A DNA stretch of 64,000 bases, taken from Octopus vulgaris (taxonomy: Eukaryota). Both the position numbers and the translations under genes were made by a program. Numbering within the stretch: the first letter of the stretch is position 1; each line of letters begins with the position of its first letter. Shown in pieces: positions 12,135-23,852 of this stretch. The stretch is taken from NCBI GenBank assembly GCA_951406725.2, contig OX597827.1:23064001-23128000 (forward strand). The letters are read 5' to 3'. Under the pieces are notes generated by a model. The model searched no databases. It was not told where the DNA came from and was given only the letters and a program-made list of their open reading frames with translations.

Positions 12135-12505
12135 TCGGCTTCAGTCATAAGACCGTGGCCATGCTGGGGCACTGCCTTGAAACATTTTAGTTGAACAAAT
12201 CGACCGTAGGACTTATTTTTTTGTTTAAGCTTGGTACTTATTTTATCAGTCTCCTTTGCCAAACCACTAAGTTACAGAGACGTAGACATGTCAACACCAA
12301 TTGTTGAGTGGCAGAGGATGGGGCATAAAGACATACTCTTTCACACACACACATATGATGGGCTTCTTTCAGTTTCTGTGTACCAAATCCACTCACAAGG
12401 TTTTGGTCAGCCTAAGGCTATAGTAGAAGACACCTGCCCAAGATGCCACACAATGAGACTGAACCTGGAACCATGTGGTTGGGAAGCAAGCTTCTTACCA
12501 CACAG
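12135..12505 (-). mobile_element. Family B SINE (adjacent + strand head at ~12020-12130)
   Basis: Reverse complement of the family B blocks. Confidence 0.8.
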
Positions 12506-12879
12506 GCAAATCTGAACCTTCTCTCTTCATTAGTAAACACAATTCTGCCCCCCTTCTTCCATCTGTATCATTTCTTCCGGAAGTGGTAAGCAGCATTGAT
12601 AATACCAAGAACCATCCAAATTATTTGAGCTGCACACTCCTCCCCCCACCACTTGCTCATTGTGTTCATATCACAGTATCAGGTATGTTTGCTCTCCTTT
12701 ATCATCGACCCTCAGATGACAGACCTGGCATTGTCTTTGTTTCAAATTTTCTGTGACAAATAGAACACAGAATTTGGTCAAGGGCTTCGTGAACAATGAT
12801 TCTGCTCTTTTGCATTTGTCCCAAATGAATTTTTAATCTGGCAGTGGATCACATGACCAAAGGACAACAGATGGACATT

Positions 12880-13142
12880 CAGGGAGATGGAATGGACACC
12901 AAGGCAATGGACAAGTTCAAGGGGCTGACCAAAGACAAAATGGGGAGATGATCCCGCCCTCTACCTGGGGGCCAACATGGCCATGACTGGTCAGTAACAG
13001 ACAGCAGTGGCAGGGGTCCAGGGAGGGGTACCTCTTTCAGAAGCAATGAAGCCCTGGAGAGGTTGGAAGGGAAAGTAGATGAGTACATGTTTGGACATAA
13101 ATGACAGCATGCCTCCAATGGGAAGGGTGGGAATGCATACAA
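12880..13142 (-). mobile_element. Possible DIRS-type retrotransposon RNase H/methyltransferase-region remnant
   Basis: YAFPPFPL followed by PLPGPLPLL..DQ resembles the DIRS pol C-terminal YAFPP motif. Locally GC-rich; no RT or tyrosine recombinase seen. Confidence 0.33.
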
Positions 13143-13493
13143 GGCGAGCTGGCAGAAACGTTAGCACACCGGGTGAAATGCTTAGTGGTATTTCACCTGC
13201 TGTTACGTTCTGAGTTCAAATTCCGCCGAAGTCAACTTTCCCTTTCATCCTTTCGGGGTCAATAAATTAAGTACCAGTTACACACTAGGGTCGATGTAAT
13301 CAACATAATACTTTTGTCTGTCCTTGTTTGCCCCCTCTATGTTTAGCCCCTTGTGGGTAATAAAGAAATAGGTATTTCGACTGCCACTATGTTCTGAGTT
13401 CAAATTCTGCCGAAGTCAACTTTGCCTTTCATCCTTTCGGGGGCGATAAATTAAGTGCCAGTTACGCACTGGGGTCGATGTAATTGACTTAAT
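13143..13493 (+). mobile_element. Family A SINE, tandem dimer
   Basis: Full unit, then aaagaaatag|gtatttcg restarting the body at ~13372. Confidence 0.85.
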
Positions 13494-14237
13494 GGTGGTG
13501 GTGGTGGTAGAAGTGTAGTAGTTGCGAGTGGTAATGATGGTGGTGGTGGTGGTAATAATAGAGGAGGCACATTTGTGAGTGATGATAGGGAGATCCAGTC
13601 ATGTTGATGGCAGAGATGTAGTAGTTACAGTGGTGGTGGTGGTGTTGGTGGTGGTGGTGTTGGTGGTGGTGGTGTTGGTGGTGGTAGTGGTAGTGGTGGT
13701 AGTGGTGACAGAGAGGTAGCAGTAGTAGTAGTAACTGTGGTGTTAATAGTGGTGTTGGTGGTGGTGGTGCCAGGGTGACAAGGCAACAGTGTCAGTCACA
13801 AAGTGACAGTGGTTTGTAAGTAAGTGACCCCCCCCACCACCACACACCCGGAGATATATAAGCGGGTTGAAGAGTGTTTACTTGTTTTTTCTCCTCTCTC
13901 TCTCTCTCTCTCTCTCTCTACCTGACCAGGTAAAACTGGAATCTCACCAAGTTCAAAAATAGATCAAACAACAACAACAACAGCAAGTAATGTTATATCA
14001 GTAATGGAAATATTTTAACAATTTCACTTGAAAAGGAGAGCGAGGGTGGGGGAAGGAGTTGTACCCCACTCACCTCACCTAACCATGGAACAGAGGATTC
14101 AATAATCGAATAGATAGGGTCTATAAAGTAGGTAGGTCATATAAGCCTAGTCACATTCTTCTGTAGCTATACACCAAAGGTTTCGTAGATAGCAATCATT
14201 TTAAATACACCATATATGTAGGTGTGTGTGTGTGAGT

Positions 14238-14969
14238 ATCATCATCATCATCATCATCATCCCTGTTTAACGTCCACCTTCCATGCTGGCATGGGTGGGA
14301 TGGTTTGACAGGAGCCAGCCAGGGAGAACTATGCACCAGACTTCTGTGACTGTATTGGCAGGATTTTTACAACTGGATGCCCTTCCTAACACCAACCACT
14401 CAGCAGAGTGGACTTAGTGCTTTTTACATGGCACATACATACATACATACATACAAACATACTTCAATGACTGGCATCTGTGCTAGTGGGGTGCAAAGAG
14501 CACCATACGAGTGTGATCGTTGACAGAGCGGCTATTCGAGTATGATCGTTACCAGCGTCGCCTTACTAGCACTTGTGCCTGTGCTAGTGATCGTTGCCTG
14601 TCTGTGCATGATCGTTGCCAGAGCAGCCAACTGGCTTCCACACCCGTGGCATATGAAAGGGCACCATTCGAGCGTGATCATTACCAACATCGCTTCACTG
14701 GCACCTGTGCCGGTGGCACGTGTAAAAAGATTCGAGTGAGGTTGTTGCCAGTGCCGCCTGACTGGCCCCCATGCCGGTGGCACGTAAAAAGCACCCACTA
14801 CACTCTCCGAGTGGTTGGCGTTAGGAAGGGCATCCAGCTGTAGCAACTCTGCCAGATCAAGATTGGAGCTTGGTGCAGCCATCTGGCTCGCCAGCCCTCA
14901 GTCAAAATCGTCCAACCCATGCTAGCATGGAAAGCGGACGTTAAACGATGATGATGATGATGATGATGA

Positions 14970-14972
<3 letters not shown>
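14238..14972. mobile_element. Family C pair in opposite orientations (- 14238-14435; + 14465-14972)
   Basis: (ATC)n at left end, (GAT)n at right end, complementary aggaagggcatccag blocks. Confidence 0.8.
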
Positions 14973-15017
<45 letters not shown>

Positions 15018-15144
15018 TTAAAAAAATCCACCTTTTCTCAATTCAAAATGAAAAATTAAATTACACCATCTAGAAAATTACATATAATAGAAAGATTAAA
15101 TATATGATAAAAAATATATAATATTCCCGCATATTATTATTATA

Positions 15145-15180
<36 letters not shown>

Positions 15181-15331
15181 TGTATGTATGTATGTATGTA
15201 TGTATGTATGTATGTATGTATGTATGTATATATAAAGGTTACAAACCTCATTAAGGGATAGCAAAATCGAACTATATAAACTGTGGTTTAGATATATTTA
15301 TTTATTATAATCTGAGAAGAAAATAGAGAAA

Positions 15332-15549
15332 CAATTCTTTTCTACACTAAGCACAAGGCCCAAAATTTTGTGGGAGGGACCAATCGATTAGATCGACTCC
15401 AGTATACACCTGGTACTTAATTTATCAACCCTGGAAGGATGAAAGGCAAAGTCAACCGCAGCAGAATTTGAACTCAGAACGTAAAGACAGATGAAATACC
15501 ACAAAGCATTTCACCTGGTATGCTAATGTTTCTGCAAGCTCGCTGCCTT
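15332..15549 (-). mobile_element. Family A SINE with alternative tail (A2), inserted in a Penelope-like fragment
   Basis: Deu/Nin domain with tail ending ...ttgtgcttagtgtagaaaaga; TSD aaatagagaaa at 15321-15331 and 15550-15560. Other A2 copies near 7874, 25898, 30120, 40245 and 60533. Confidence 0.8.
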
Positions 15550-15759
15550 AAATAGAGAAATAATTAATGAATTATTATTAATTTATTAAAAAACTGACAA
15601 GCATCTCTTTCAGCTGTTTCAGTTCAAGACCTTCAGAAAATTAATTAATAAAATTTTAAAATTATTTGGAAGTCGAATCTCATCAGGGGTAGATAAAGAT
15701 ATAGGTGTTCAATTCTTGCATCTTGAGTAAATGGCTGCAAACCGTTAACTATTAGCAGG

Positions 15760-15906
15760 AACTTCGTAGAGGTGGTTGGGGTAACAGTATTAATAAAATA
15801 GGAGGTGGAATGTGTAATAGACTTTATTGGGTACAAACATGTTTTGACCCATTCTGTCTCACTGGAGATTTCTTGAGCCAGCAGTAAATCTACGGATAAT
15901 GACAGG

Positions 15907-15954
<48 letters not shown>

Positions 15955-16279
15955 CAAAACTGTGCCAGTGCTTTACTCATCATCCATTTATACATTTTTT
16001 ACAACTTCTCCATTATTAACTACCATCACCCGTAATACGGATGAAGGTGCTTGAAGATGGAAAAAATGGTATTAGATGTCTTACTCAAAGACATACCCAT
16101 ACCAGATAGAAAAGAATGCAAGAGATTACTTCTTGAGAAGACCAGGCAATCTAAGCTGACTCAAGAAATCTCTAGTGAGACTTTCTTTTTATTGATGTAC
16201 CTGAAGAGATCCAGTACAGGTCGAAACATGTTGTATCTGATAAAGTCAATTGCACATTCCATCACTTACTTTATTTATA

Positions 16280-16282
<3 letters not shown>
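15760..16282. mobile_element. Penelope-like element 3' remnant with inverted partial pLTR
   Basis: 15790-15883 is an inverted, diverged copy of 16155-16278. IINYHHP..NTDEG (16013-16048) resembles the GIY-YIG C-terminal LNRDEG motif. Confidence 0.6.
16197..16236 (+). ncRNA. Minimal type-I hammerhead ribozyme motif, core intact
   Basis: Stem I gtac/gtat; CTGAAGA; stem II gatc-cagtaca-ggtc; GAA; palindromic ACATGT stem III; GUU triplet with predicted cut after 16232. Confidence 0.7.
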
Positions 16283-16335
<53 letters not shown>

Positions 16336-17604
16336 TCATCATTATCATCGTTTAATGTCCGCTTTCCATGCAGGCATGGGTTGGACGGTTTGACTGAGGA
16401 CTGGTGAGCCAAAAGGCTGCACCAGGCACCAATCTGATCTGGCAAAGTTTCTACAGTTGGATGCCCTTCCTAACGCCAACCACTCCGAGAGTGTAGTGGG
16501 TGCTTTATATGTGCCACTGGCACGAATGCTTTTACATGTCACCATATATATGTATATATATGAATGTGTGTGCATATATATGTATATCCTGTTGAGGCAA
16601 GTGAAGTCAAAATTGAATTCGAAATCGAACTTCACCTGACGACTGGCACCCATGCCAACCCTCTTCATTGGACACTAAACTCTGCTTGCGAAGACCTGTT
16701 GGGGCAAGTGAAATCGAAATCGAAATTGAACCAATCCTATGACTGGCACCCGGCAGTTGCCAGTGCCGCTGGACTGACTCCTGTGCAGGTGGGAAGTAAA
16801 GAAACACTGTTTCGACCCTGTGCTTGAGGAGACCTATTGAGTCAGGTACATCAACATCAAAAATAAATGGAAATTGTAGTTCTGATCCTTGTGCCGGTGG
16901 CACATAAAAAGCACCATCCAAACGTGGCCGATGCCAGCGCCGCCTTGACTGGCTTCCATGCCGGTGGCATGTAAAAAGCACCAACTGATCATGGCTGTTG
17001 CCAGCCTCGCCTGGCACGTAAAAGGCACCCACTACACTCATGGAGTGGTTGATGTTAGGAAGGGCATCAAGCTGTAGAAACACTGTCAGATCAGACTGGA
17101 GCTTGGTGCAGACTTCTGGCTTCCCAGACCCCGGTCGAACCATCCAACCCATGCTAACATGGAAAACGGATGCTAAACGATGATGATGATGATATGTGTA
17201 TGTGCATATATATATATATATAGTTCGATGACTGGTATCCGTGCTAGTGGAGCACTAAGAGCACATCCAAGTGTGATCGTTGCCAGAGCGGCTAACTGGC
17301 GATTGTGCCGGTGGCACATAAAAAGCACCATTCGAGTGTGATCATTACCAGTGTGCAGGTGACATGTAAAAAAACACGATGTTTTCGTGGCCGTTGCCAG
17401 TACCACCTGACTGGCCCTCATGTCGGTGGAATGTAAAAGTGCTCACTACACTCTTGGAGTGGTTGGCATTAGGAAGGGCATCCAGCTGTAGAAACACTGC
17501 CAGATCAAGATTGGAGCCTGGTGCAGCCATGTAGTTTGCCAGTCCTCAGTCAAATCATTCAACCATGCCAGCATGGAAAGCAGACGTTAAATGATGATGA
17601 TGAT
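16336..17604. mobile_element. Cluster of three family C copies (- 16336-16545; + 16590-17192; + 17225-17604)
   Basis: Shared blocks and (GAT)n tails. Confidence 0.85.
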
Positions 17605-18570
17605 ATATATATATGTGAGTGTGTGTGTGTGTATATATATATATGTATGTGTGTATATACACATACATACATACATACATATATATATGTGTGTGTGTGT
17701 GTGTATGTGAATTACTGGTGCATTAACAATGTTATGTTTCAGTGCTCTACTGTACAATATAGTGATAGATATTTAGATTATCCTGTATAATAGACAGACA
17801 TAAATACATTGTATATTGTAGAACGGAATATATTTCTAGATATCTTAATCTATAAATTTTCTGTTCACAAAAGCATTTTATTTACAAAGAAGGTGTTTGA
17901 ATCTCTCTAAATATAATGTTGGCAAAAAATTGTGCAACAAAAAATAATATAATTAATAATGGTTTCCATTTTTGACACAAGGCCAGCAATTTTAAGGGAC
18001 AGAATGAGTTGATTACATATCCCCTTAATTGAGTCTGAAAAGGTGAATGCTTAAGTGGGCCTTTGTAGGGTTTGAACTCGGGATGCAAAGCATTTTGTAC
18101 TTCTAAGCATTTTTTGTGCAAATGGGTAAAAAATTCTAACAGCTCACCATTTTTAATGATTTCAGATTTTGGTAGAAGGCTGACAAATTTTAGTGGGGGT
18201 GGGGTGGGATATGTTGATTAGATTGACCCCAGTGTTCCACAGGTTTTAAATTTGTTTCTTTTTAATATAAGCACAAAGTCTGACATTTTGGGTGAGTGGG
18301 GTGGAGGAAACTGGTCAAGTTCATTGACTCCAGTGCTAGACTAATGCTTATTTTCTTGACGACGGCGACCACCACCACCACCACCACCACCACACACACA
18401 CACACAAACACAAAAAAAGCAAAAGTTGATCTTGACAGCATTTGAAATCAGAATGTAAAACTGAAAGAAATGCAGTGAAACAATTTGTCAAGTGTGTCAA
18501 TGATTCTGCTAGTTTGCCACCTTGATGACCCCCACTGCCAATATTGTTATTATTATTATCATTATTATTA

Positions 18571-19282
18571 TTGGGTGAGAGAGCAGTGACATCAAAGTGA
18601 CACTGGGGTAAACTATACGAAGCCCAGTATGCCCATCATGGCTACCTGTCTGATAGTGGTACACTAGGCACATGCATCACAACCATATGTTATTATTATT
18701 ATTATTGTAATTGTTATTATTATTATTATTGAGAGAGAGAGCAGCACATGCCATCAGAGTGACACTGGGGTAAAATATACAAAGCCCAGTATACCCATCA
18801 TGACTAACCGTCTGATAAGGGTGCACAGGCACATGCATCACAACCATATGTGCGCGACATGGTGATCTCATACCAAGATAATCAGCGCATTACCTTGCAG
18901 GTGGGGCCCAGTTAGAATTTTCTTCATGTCGAGTAGCCCATCCTGTTCAAAAGGTCTCTGAATTAGGGTTTTTAAGGATGTTGAACGAAATACCCATATT
19001 TCCAGAGGTGAATTATCCAAACCCCAGAGAATCCCCCTCAACACACGACTATGAAGCTCCCCCACTACTTCTGCTCGTGATCAGAGATGCACATATCATC
19101 AGCCACTAAGGGACATGCTCAACTGGTTATGGTCAAGCAACTGACAAGCAAATCTGTGGTATTGAGCAGAATATTTTCTCTAGCCCATCTTTTATACCAA
19201 GACAAAACAATGTACATGATAACACTTCCAATCAGTTAAGATCAAAAGCCATGAGAGCCACTGCCTGGGCATCAGGGCATTT
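18571..19282 (-). mobile_element. Family G retroposon, ~550 bp (18731-19282), plus a duplicate of its 3' ~120 bp (18571-18690), embedded in (TAA)n
   Basis: (ATT)n tracts at 18543-18572, 18690-18730 and 19283-19322. No credible ORF; homologous to 11140-11410. Confidence 0.75.
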
Positions 19283-19283
19283 A

Positions 19284-19324
<41 letters not shown>

Positions 19325-20034
19325 TCTTTTTTTTTTATTATTTAGTGAGATAGCAGAACACCAGACTAGAAACATTACACAAAATGTTTTGTTTTTAATG
19401 AGTTTCAGGTAAAGAAACATGAAATGTTAAATATACCTTTAGCATGATTTAAACCCAGATCACAATGAAATTAAATACCATGAAGTAATTCAGAGTGGTG
19501 CTTCACTGACTTGGCTACGTCAAACTCAGTCTTAAATGTGTTTATTATGACATCAACACAAAAGGGGGTGAGGTGTAGTTGTTTGAATTCACTCTAGTTT
19601 CCCTCTAACAGATCCCCAAGCACTTCAATACAAATGATGTAACCTTCCCCCTGCCCCTTTTACAACATTTACAACAGTTTCTATTCCTAAAAATTCTTTT
19701 GTTGTTGTATACTCAATCCATCTAGACATAATATGCTTGTCCTTCTTCCCCCGGAGTGCCATCCCACTGTAATTCCTTTCTAGCCTAAGTATTACTTATA
19801 GATATCAACCTAGAGCTATCCAAACTGAATTTTTGCCATATTAAACTGTGTGGGAGGGTGATGCTTCTTACTCTTCACTAAACTATAGAAGAAAATGTCA
19901 AACTATTCTCAATTAATTACTGGTAATTTAATTTGCTGATCATGAAAGGATGAGCAGTTCATATCAGCAAGGTTTTAGGTGTAATTAGGGACAAAGTTGA
20001 ACATTTAACCTTTGTAATGGTTGTTGTTGCTGCC

Positions 20035-20267
20035 TTAACCCTTTTAATATCAACCCAGCTGAAACTGCCTCTGGCTCTGTTGTACAAATGTCTTGTTTTC
20101 ATAAGTTTTGAATAAAAAAATCTTCCACCAAACCTTAGTCATAATTTATGTTCCTAACACTAACATGATGATAACTAAGTTATTTAACTAAATTCTTTGT
20201 TATATTTAAAATTAATTGAAAGAAACACAGAGCATCTCAACAGAAATATGGTAACAAAAAGGGTTAA
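20035..20267. mobile_element. piggyBac-type MITE, copy 1
   Basis: TTAA|CCCTTTT ... AAAAGGG|TTAA termini. Confidence 0.85.
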
Positions 20268-20290
20268 AATATATAATGGAGAAACATTTC

Positions 20291-20520
20291 TTAACCCTTT
20301 CGATACCAACCCAGCTGAAACCACCTCTGGCTCTGTAGTACAAATGTCTTGTTTTCATAAGTTTTGAATTAAAATCTTCTATCAAACCTTAGTCACAATT
20401 TATGTTCCTAACACTAGCTTAACGATAATTAAGTTATTTTACTAAATCCTTTGTTATACTTAAAATTAATTGAAAGAAACACAGAGCATCTCAACAGAAA
20501 TATGGTAAGAAAAGGGTTAA
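20291..20520. mobile_element. piggyBac-type MITE, copy 2
   Basis: TTAA|CCCTTT ... AAAGGG|TTAA termini; highly similar to copy 1. Confidence 0.85.
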
Positions 20521-20560
20521 TGGTGTGTATCATAGCAGAAATAAAAGAAATATTACTAAC

Positions 20561-21273
20561 CGGTTCTTCATTCTTTTCAGTGCCACTTACTTTCATTTTG
20601 CTTTCATAGCTGTTGTTATTATTTCTAGTAACAGCACTATGACTAAAACTATTATAAGTCTTTGGCAGTTCTGGTTCCAACTGGAGGTCATTTTCTCGTT
20701 TTGTAATTTCATGAGCTCGGTCAGCTTCTGTCATTTCAAGATATGTTGGTTGGAAATGTTCTGTCAAGCAATCATTGCGTTGGTTCTGATAGTTATTCTC
20801 CTGTGAAGTCTCCCTCTCCCTCTCGAGACGAAGTAGACGAAGTTCCTGTTCTCGCTTCAGAGATTCTTCACGCTCCAATGCCAGCCGTATCTCACGTTCA
20901 ATTGCGCTCTCACCCTCATCAGAAGGATCTACATTGGAGTTCATGTTTTGGTTATCGTGGTAAGAACTGTCTGGCACAATATTCTTTTTGCTGGCAGTTG
21001 GTTTCCCCAAAGTGTCGTTCAGCTTCACAGACCAATGTCTTACCACTTTGTTTGACTTCTTCACGAGTGGTTTGCTTTCTTTAGTTGATTGCACCAATCG
21101 GTTCTCCCAATTCTGTTTGATATTCCCAAGGTCAGCTATTGAACCACGGTCAACACTGTCAGTGGTTTCTTCTTCTTGAAGGATATTTTCACTGTACAGA
21201 TTTACTTTTGGTGGCAAATCATAACCTATTGAGGATTTTCGAGTTTTTATGTTGGTACCAATGTCATAGTTGT
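20561..21273 (-). CDS. Coding exon 2 of the MISP/AKAP2-like protein
   Basis: Acceptor ttcttgttctttcag|AC and an open frame through ESAIEREIRLALEREESLKREQE. Donor CCG|GTTAGT at 20561 (phase 0); a second in-frame donor AAA|GTAAGT lies at 20591. Confidence 0.88.
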
Positions 21274-21379
21274 CTGAAAGAACAAGAAATGGAAAAAGGA
21301 AAAATTAGCATGAAAACAGAATGATTAATTAGAAAATTACTATTTTTGAATCTCACAACGAGAAATATTCACTAACAGT

Positions 21380-21660
21380 ACTTTGGAGTAAAAATTATTT
21401 GTCAACATAACATGGCAATTCTGGTTTAGGGCAAATGTTCCTGTAATTTAGCCCCAGGAGGCATCGTCTCCAGCTGATACGATCTGTGCCCTTATATTTT
21501 CGAACAAGGAAGTGGGGGTGATAGATTCCTTTGTTTGAAAATATAAGGACACAGATCATGTCATATAGCCAGCTGGAGATGTCTCCTAGGGCTAAATTAC
21601 AGCAACACTTGTCCTAAACCAGAACTGCCATGTTATATTGGTGTACAATTTTTGCTCCAG
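21380..21660. mobile_element. Palindromic MITE-like element (same family as 2112-2352)
   Basis: Inverted arms ctttggagtaaaaattatttg... / ...tttttgctccag. Confidence 0.8.
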
Positions 21661-21817
21661 AATGATTAATCTTTGAAAATATGGGTAATTAAACCATTTT
21701 TTGAAGAGAAGTTCTTTGAATTGGTTTCCCTCTCTTACCAGTTGTCCTCTTCTTTACTAAACCATTTATATACACAAAGAAGACAAAGTTGAGCAATTTA
21801 ATTTGAGTGTGTGTGCG

Positions 21818-22003
21818 TTTTTACTTGTTTCAGTCATTAGACTATGGCCATACTGGAGCACTGCCTGGGGAGATATTTTTTTAATGGACTCCAGTATTTA
21901 TTTTTCTTTTAAAAGCTTCGTACTTATGTTATCGGTTTCTTCTGGCTGAACTGCTAAGTTACAGGGACATAAACCCCGGTTGGCAAATGGCGTCGGACAA
22001 CAG

Positions 22004-22056
<53 letters not shown>

Positions 22057-22170
22057 CGATGAGCTTCTTTTCAGCTTCCTTTAACCAAATCCACTCACAA
22101 GGCTTTGGTCAGCCTCTGAACCCAGAACCGTGTGGTTGAGAAGCAACCTTCTTACCACACAAGCATACCT
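21818..22170 (-). mobile_element. Family B SINE
   Basis: Reverse-complement family B blocks with internal (CA)n(TA)n. Confidence 0.8.
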
Positions 22171-22751
22171 GTACCTACACACACGTAATATTTGTGTATG
22201 TGTATGAATTAATGCGTGAATGTAGGTGTGTGTGTGTGTTTTCCCATTGTCTTGATATTGCTTACATGCTGCATAAAAAAAACACCAAAAAACAATGCTA
22301 CCCTCAAAACATGTCCAGCTAGTCAGCTGTTCATTCTCTAAAGGAGCAAGGATACTAGGACCCTTGGTGGAAGCAAGTGAAGGTCGGCAACATGAAGAAT
22401 CTCTGTAAATTATGCAAGACTTATGTCAGCAAAGAGAACCGTCATCATTTACCGGCCATTTTCCATGCTGGCATGGGTTGGACAGCTTGACAGGAACTGA
22501 TAAAACCAGGGCCCACATCTGGATCCATTGTTTGTTCTGGCATGGTTCCTAAGGCCGTGTGTCCTTCCTGATGCCAACCATTTTACCGACTGTATTGGAT
22601 GCTTTTTACATGCCACCAGCACAGGTGCTTTTTACGTGGCACCTTCATCAGTGCTTATTATGCGTCACCAACACCAAAAATGGACATTTAAACAATAAAC
22701 TGCTTCCAGAAAAGACTTTGTCCAAAGAAATGAATCTTCTCCGTTGAATAC

Positions 22752-23153
22752 CTGTTTCTTTATTACTCACAAGGGGCTAAACAAGGACAGACAAAGGGAT
22801 TAAGTCGATTACATCGACCCTAGTGCATAACTGGTACTTAATTTATCGACCCTGAAAGGATGAAAGGCAAAGTCGACCTCGGCGGAATTTGAACTCAGAA
22901 CGTAGCGGCAGACGAAATACCTATTTCTTTACTACCCTCAAGGGGCTAAACACAGAGAGGACAAACAAAGACAGACAAAGGGATTAAGTCGATTATATCG
23001 ACCCCAATGCGTAACTGGTACTTATTTAATCGACCCCGAAAGGATGAAAGGCAAAGTCGACCTCGGCGGAATTTGAACTCAGAACGTAATGGCAGACGAA
23101 ATCCCGCTCAGCATTTCGCCCGGCGTGCTAACGTTTCTCCCAGCTTGCCGCCT
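22752..23153 (-). mobile_element. Family A SINE, tandem dimer with 15-bp TSD
   Basis: Two ~180-bp bodies joined at gaaatac|ctatttcttt. TSD ttctccgttgaatac at 22737-22751 and 23154-23168. Confidence 0.9.
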
Positions 23154-23602
23154 TTCTCCGTTGAATACAATTTGACGGGAATTTGGCAGCAAACCGAGCA
23201 ACCACTGAGTAGACATTTCTAATGATGTTGATGGTAATTCTGATGACGATGATGATGATGATGACAAATATTGACGACAATGATGATATAAGAAGATAAT
23301 AACACAGAAAAGAGCAAATATCCTGGTTTAGTGAGAGCAAGTGTCAGTGCACCTTGCACCCACTCACATACCCACACATAACATTTGAGAGGAGGTGGGG
23401 GGTAGAAGGGGGTACGTCCACCTGACCAACCAGTTCCAGTCTTTCTATAATGTCAGGTGTATTAGTTTGTTGGTTAGAATAATTGATGCAAACTGCTAAG
23501 ATGCTGAGAACTGGGATATCTGGGTTAATTAAATATGCACACACACACACACACACACATTCACTGACACACACACACATTCATACACACAGACATAAAC
23601 AT

Positions 23603-23636
<34 letters not shown>

Positions 23637-23805
23637 ATGCACCATGGCATACAAATGCATACATGCAATAACAAACCATTTTAAGGTGAAACAAGGAGTT
23701 AAAGCTGCAAACATAAAGACACACACACACACACAGACAAACATATTTGCAAATGTAGAGACATGCAAACAAAATCGTGTTGATACATGTATACACACAA
23801 GCACT

Positions 23806-23852
<47 letters not shown>

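Noticed and set aside
16890-17030. CRISPR-like repeat-spacer pattern in family C
   Set aside because: The spacers are homologous to each other, the arrays lie inside a dispersed retroposon, there are no cas genes and the context is eukaryotic.
20429-20560. C-terminal extension of the 262-aa ORF (VSNISF...FSKIT)
   Set aside because: Lies beyond the splice donors and runs into a piggyBac-type MITE.
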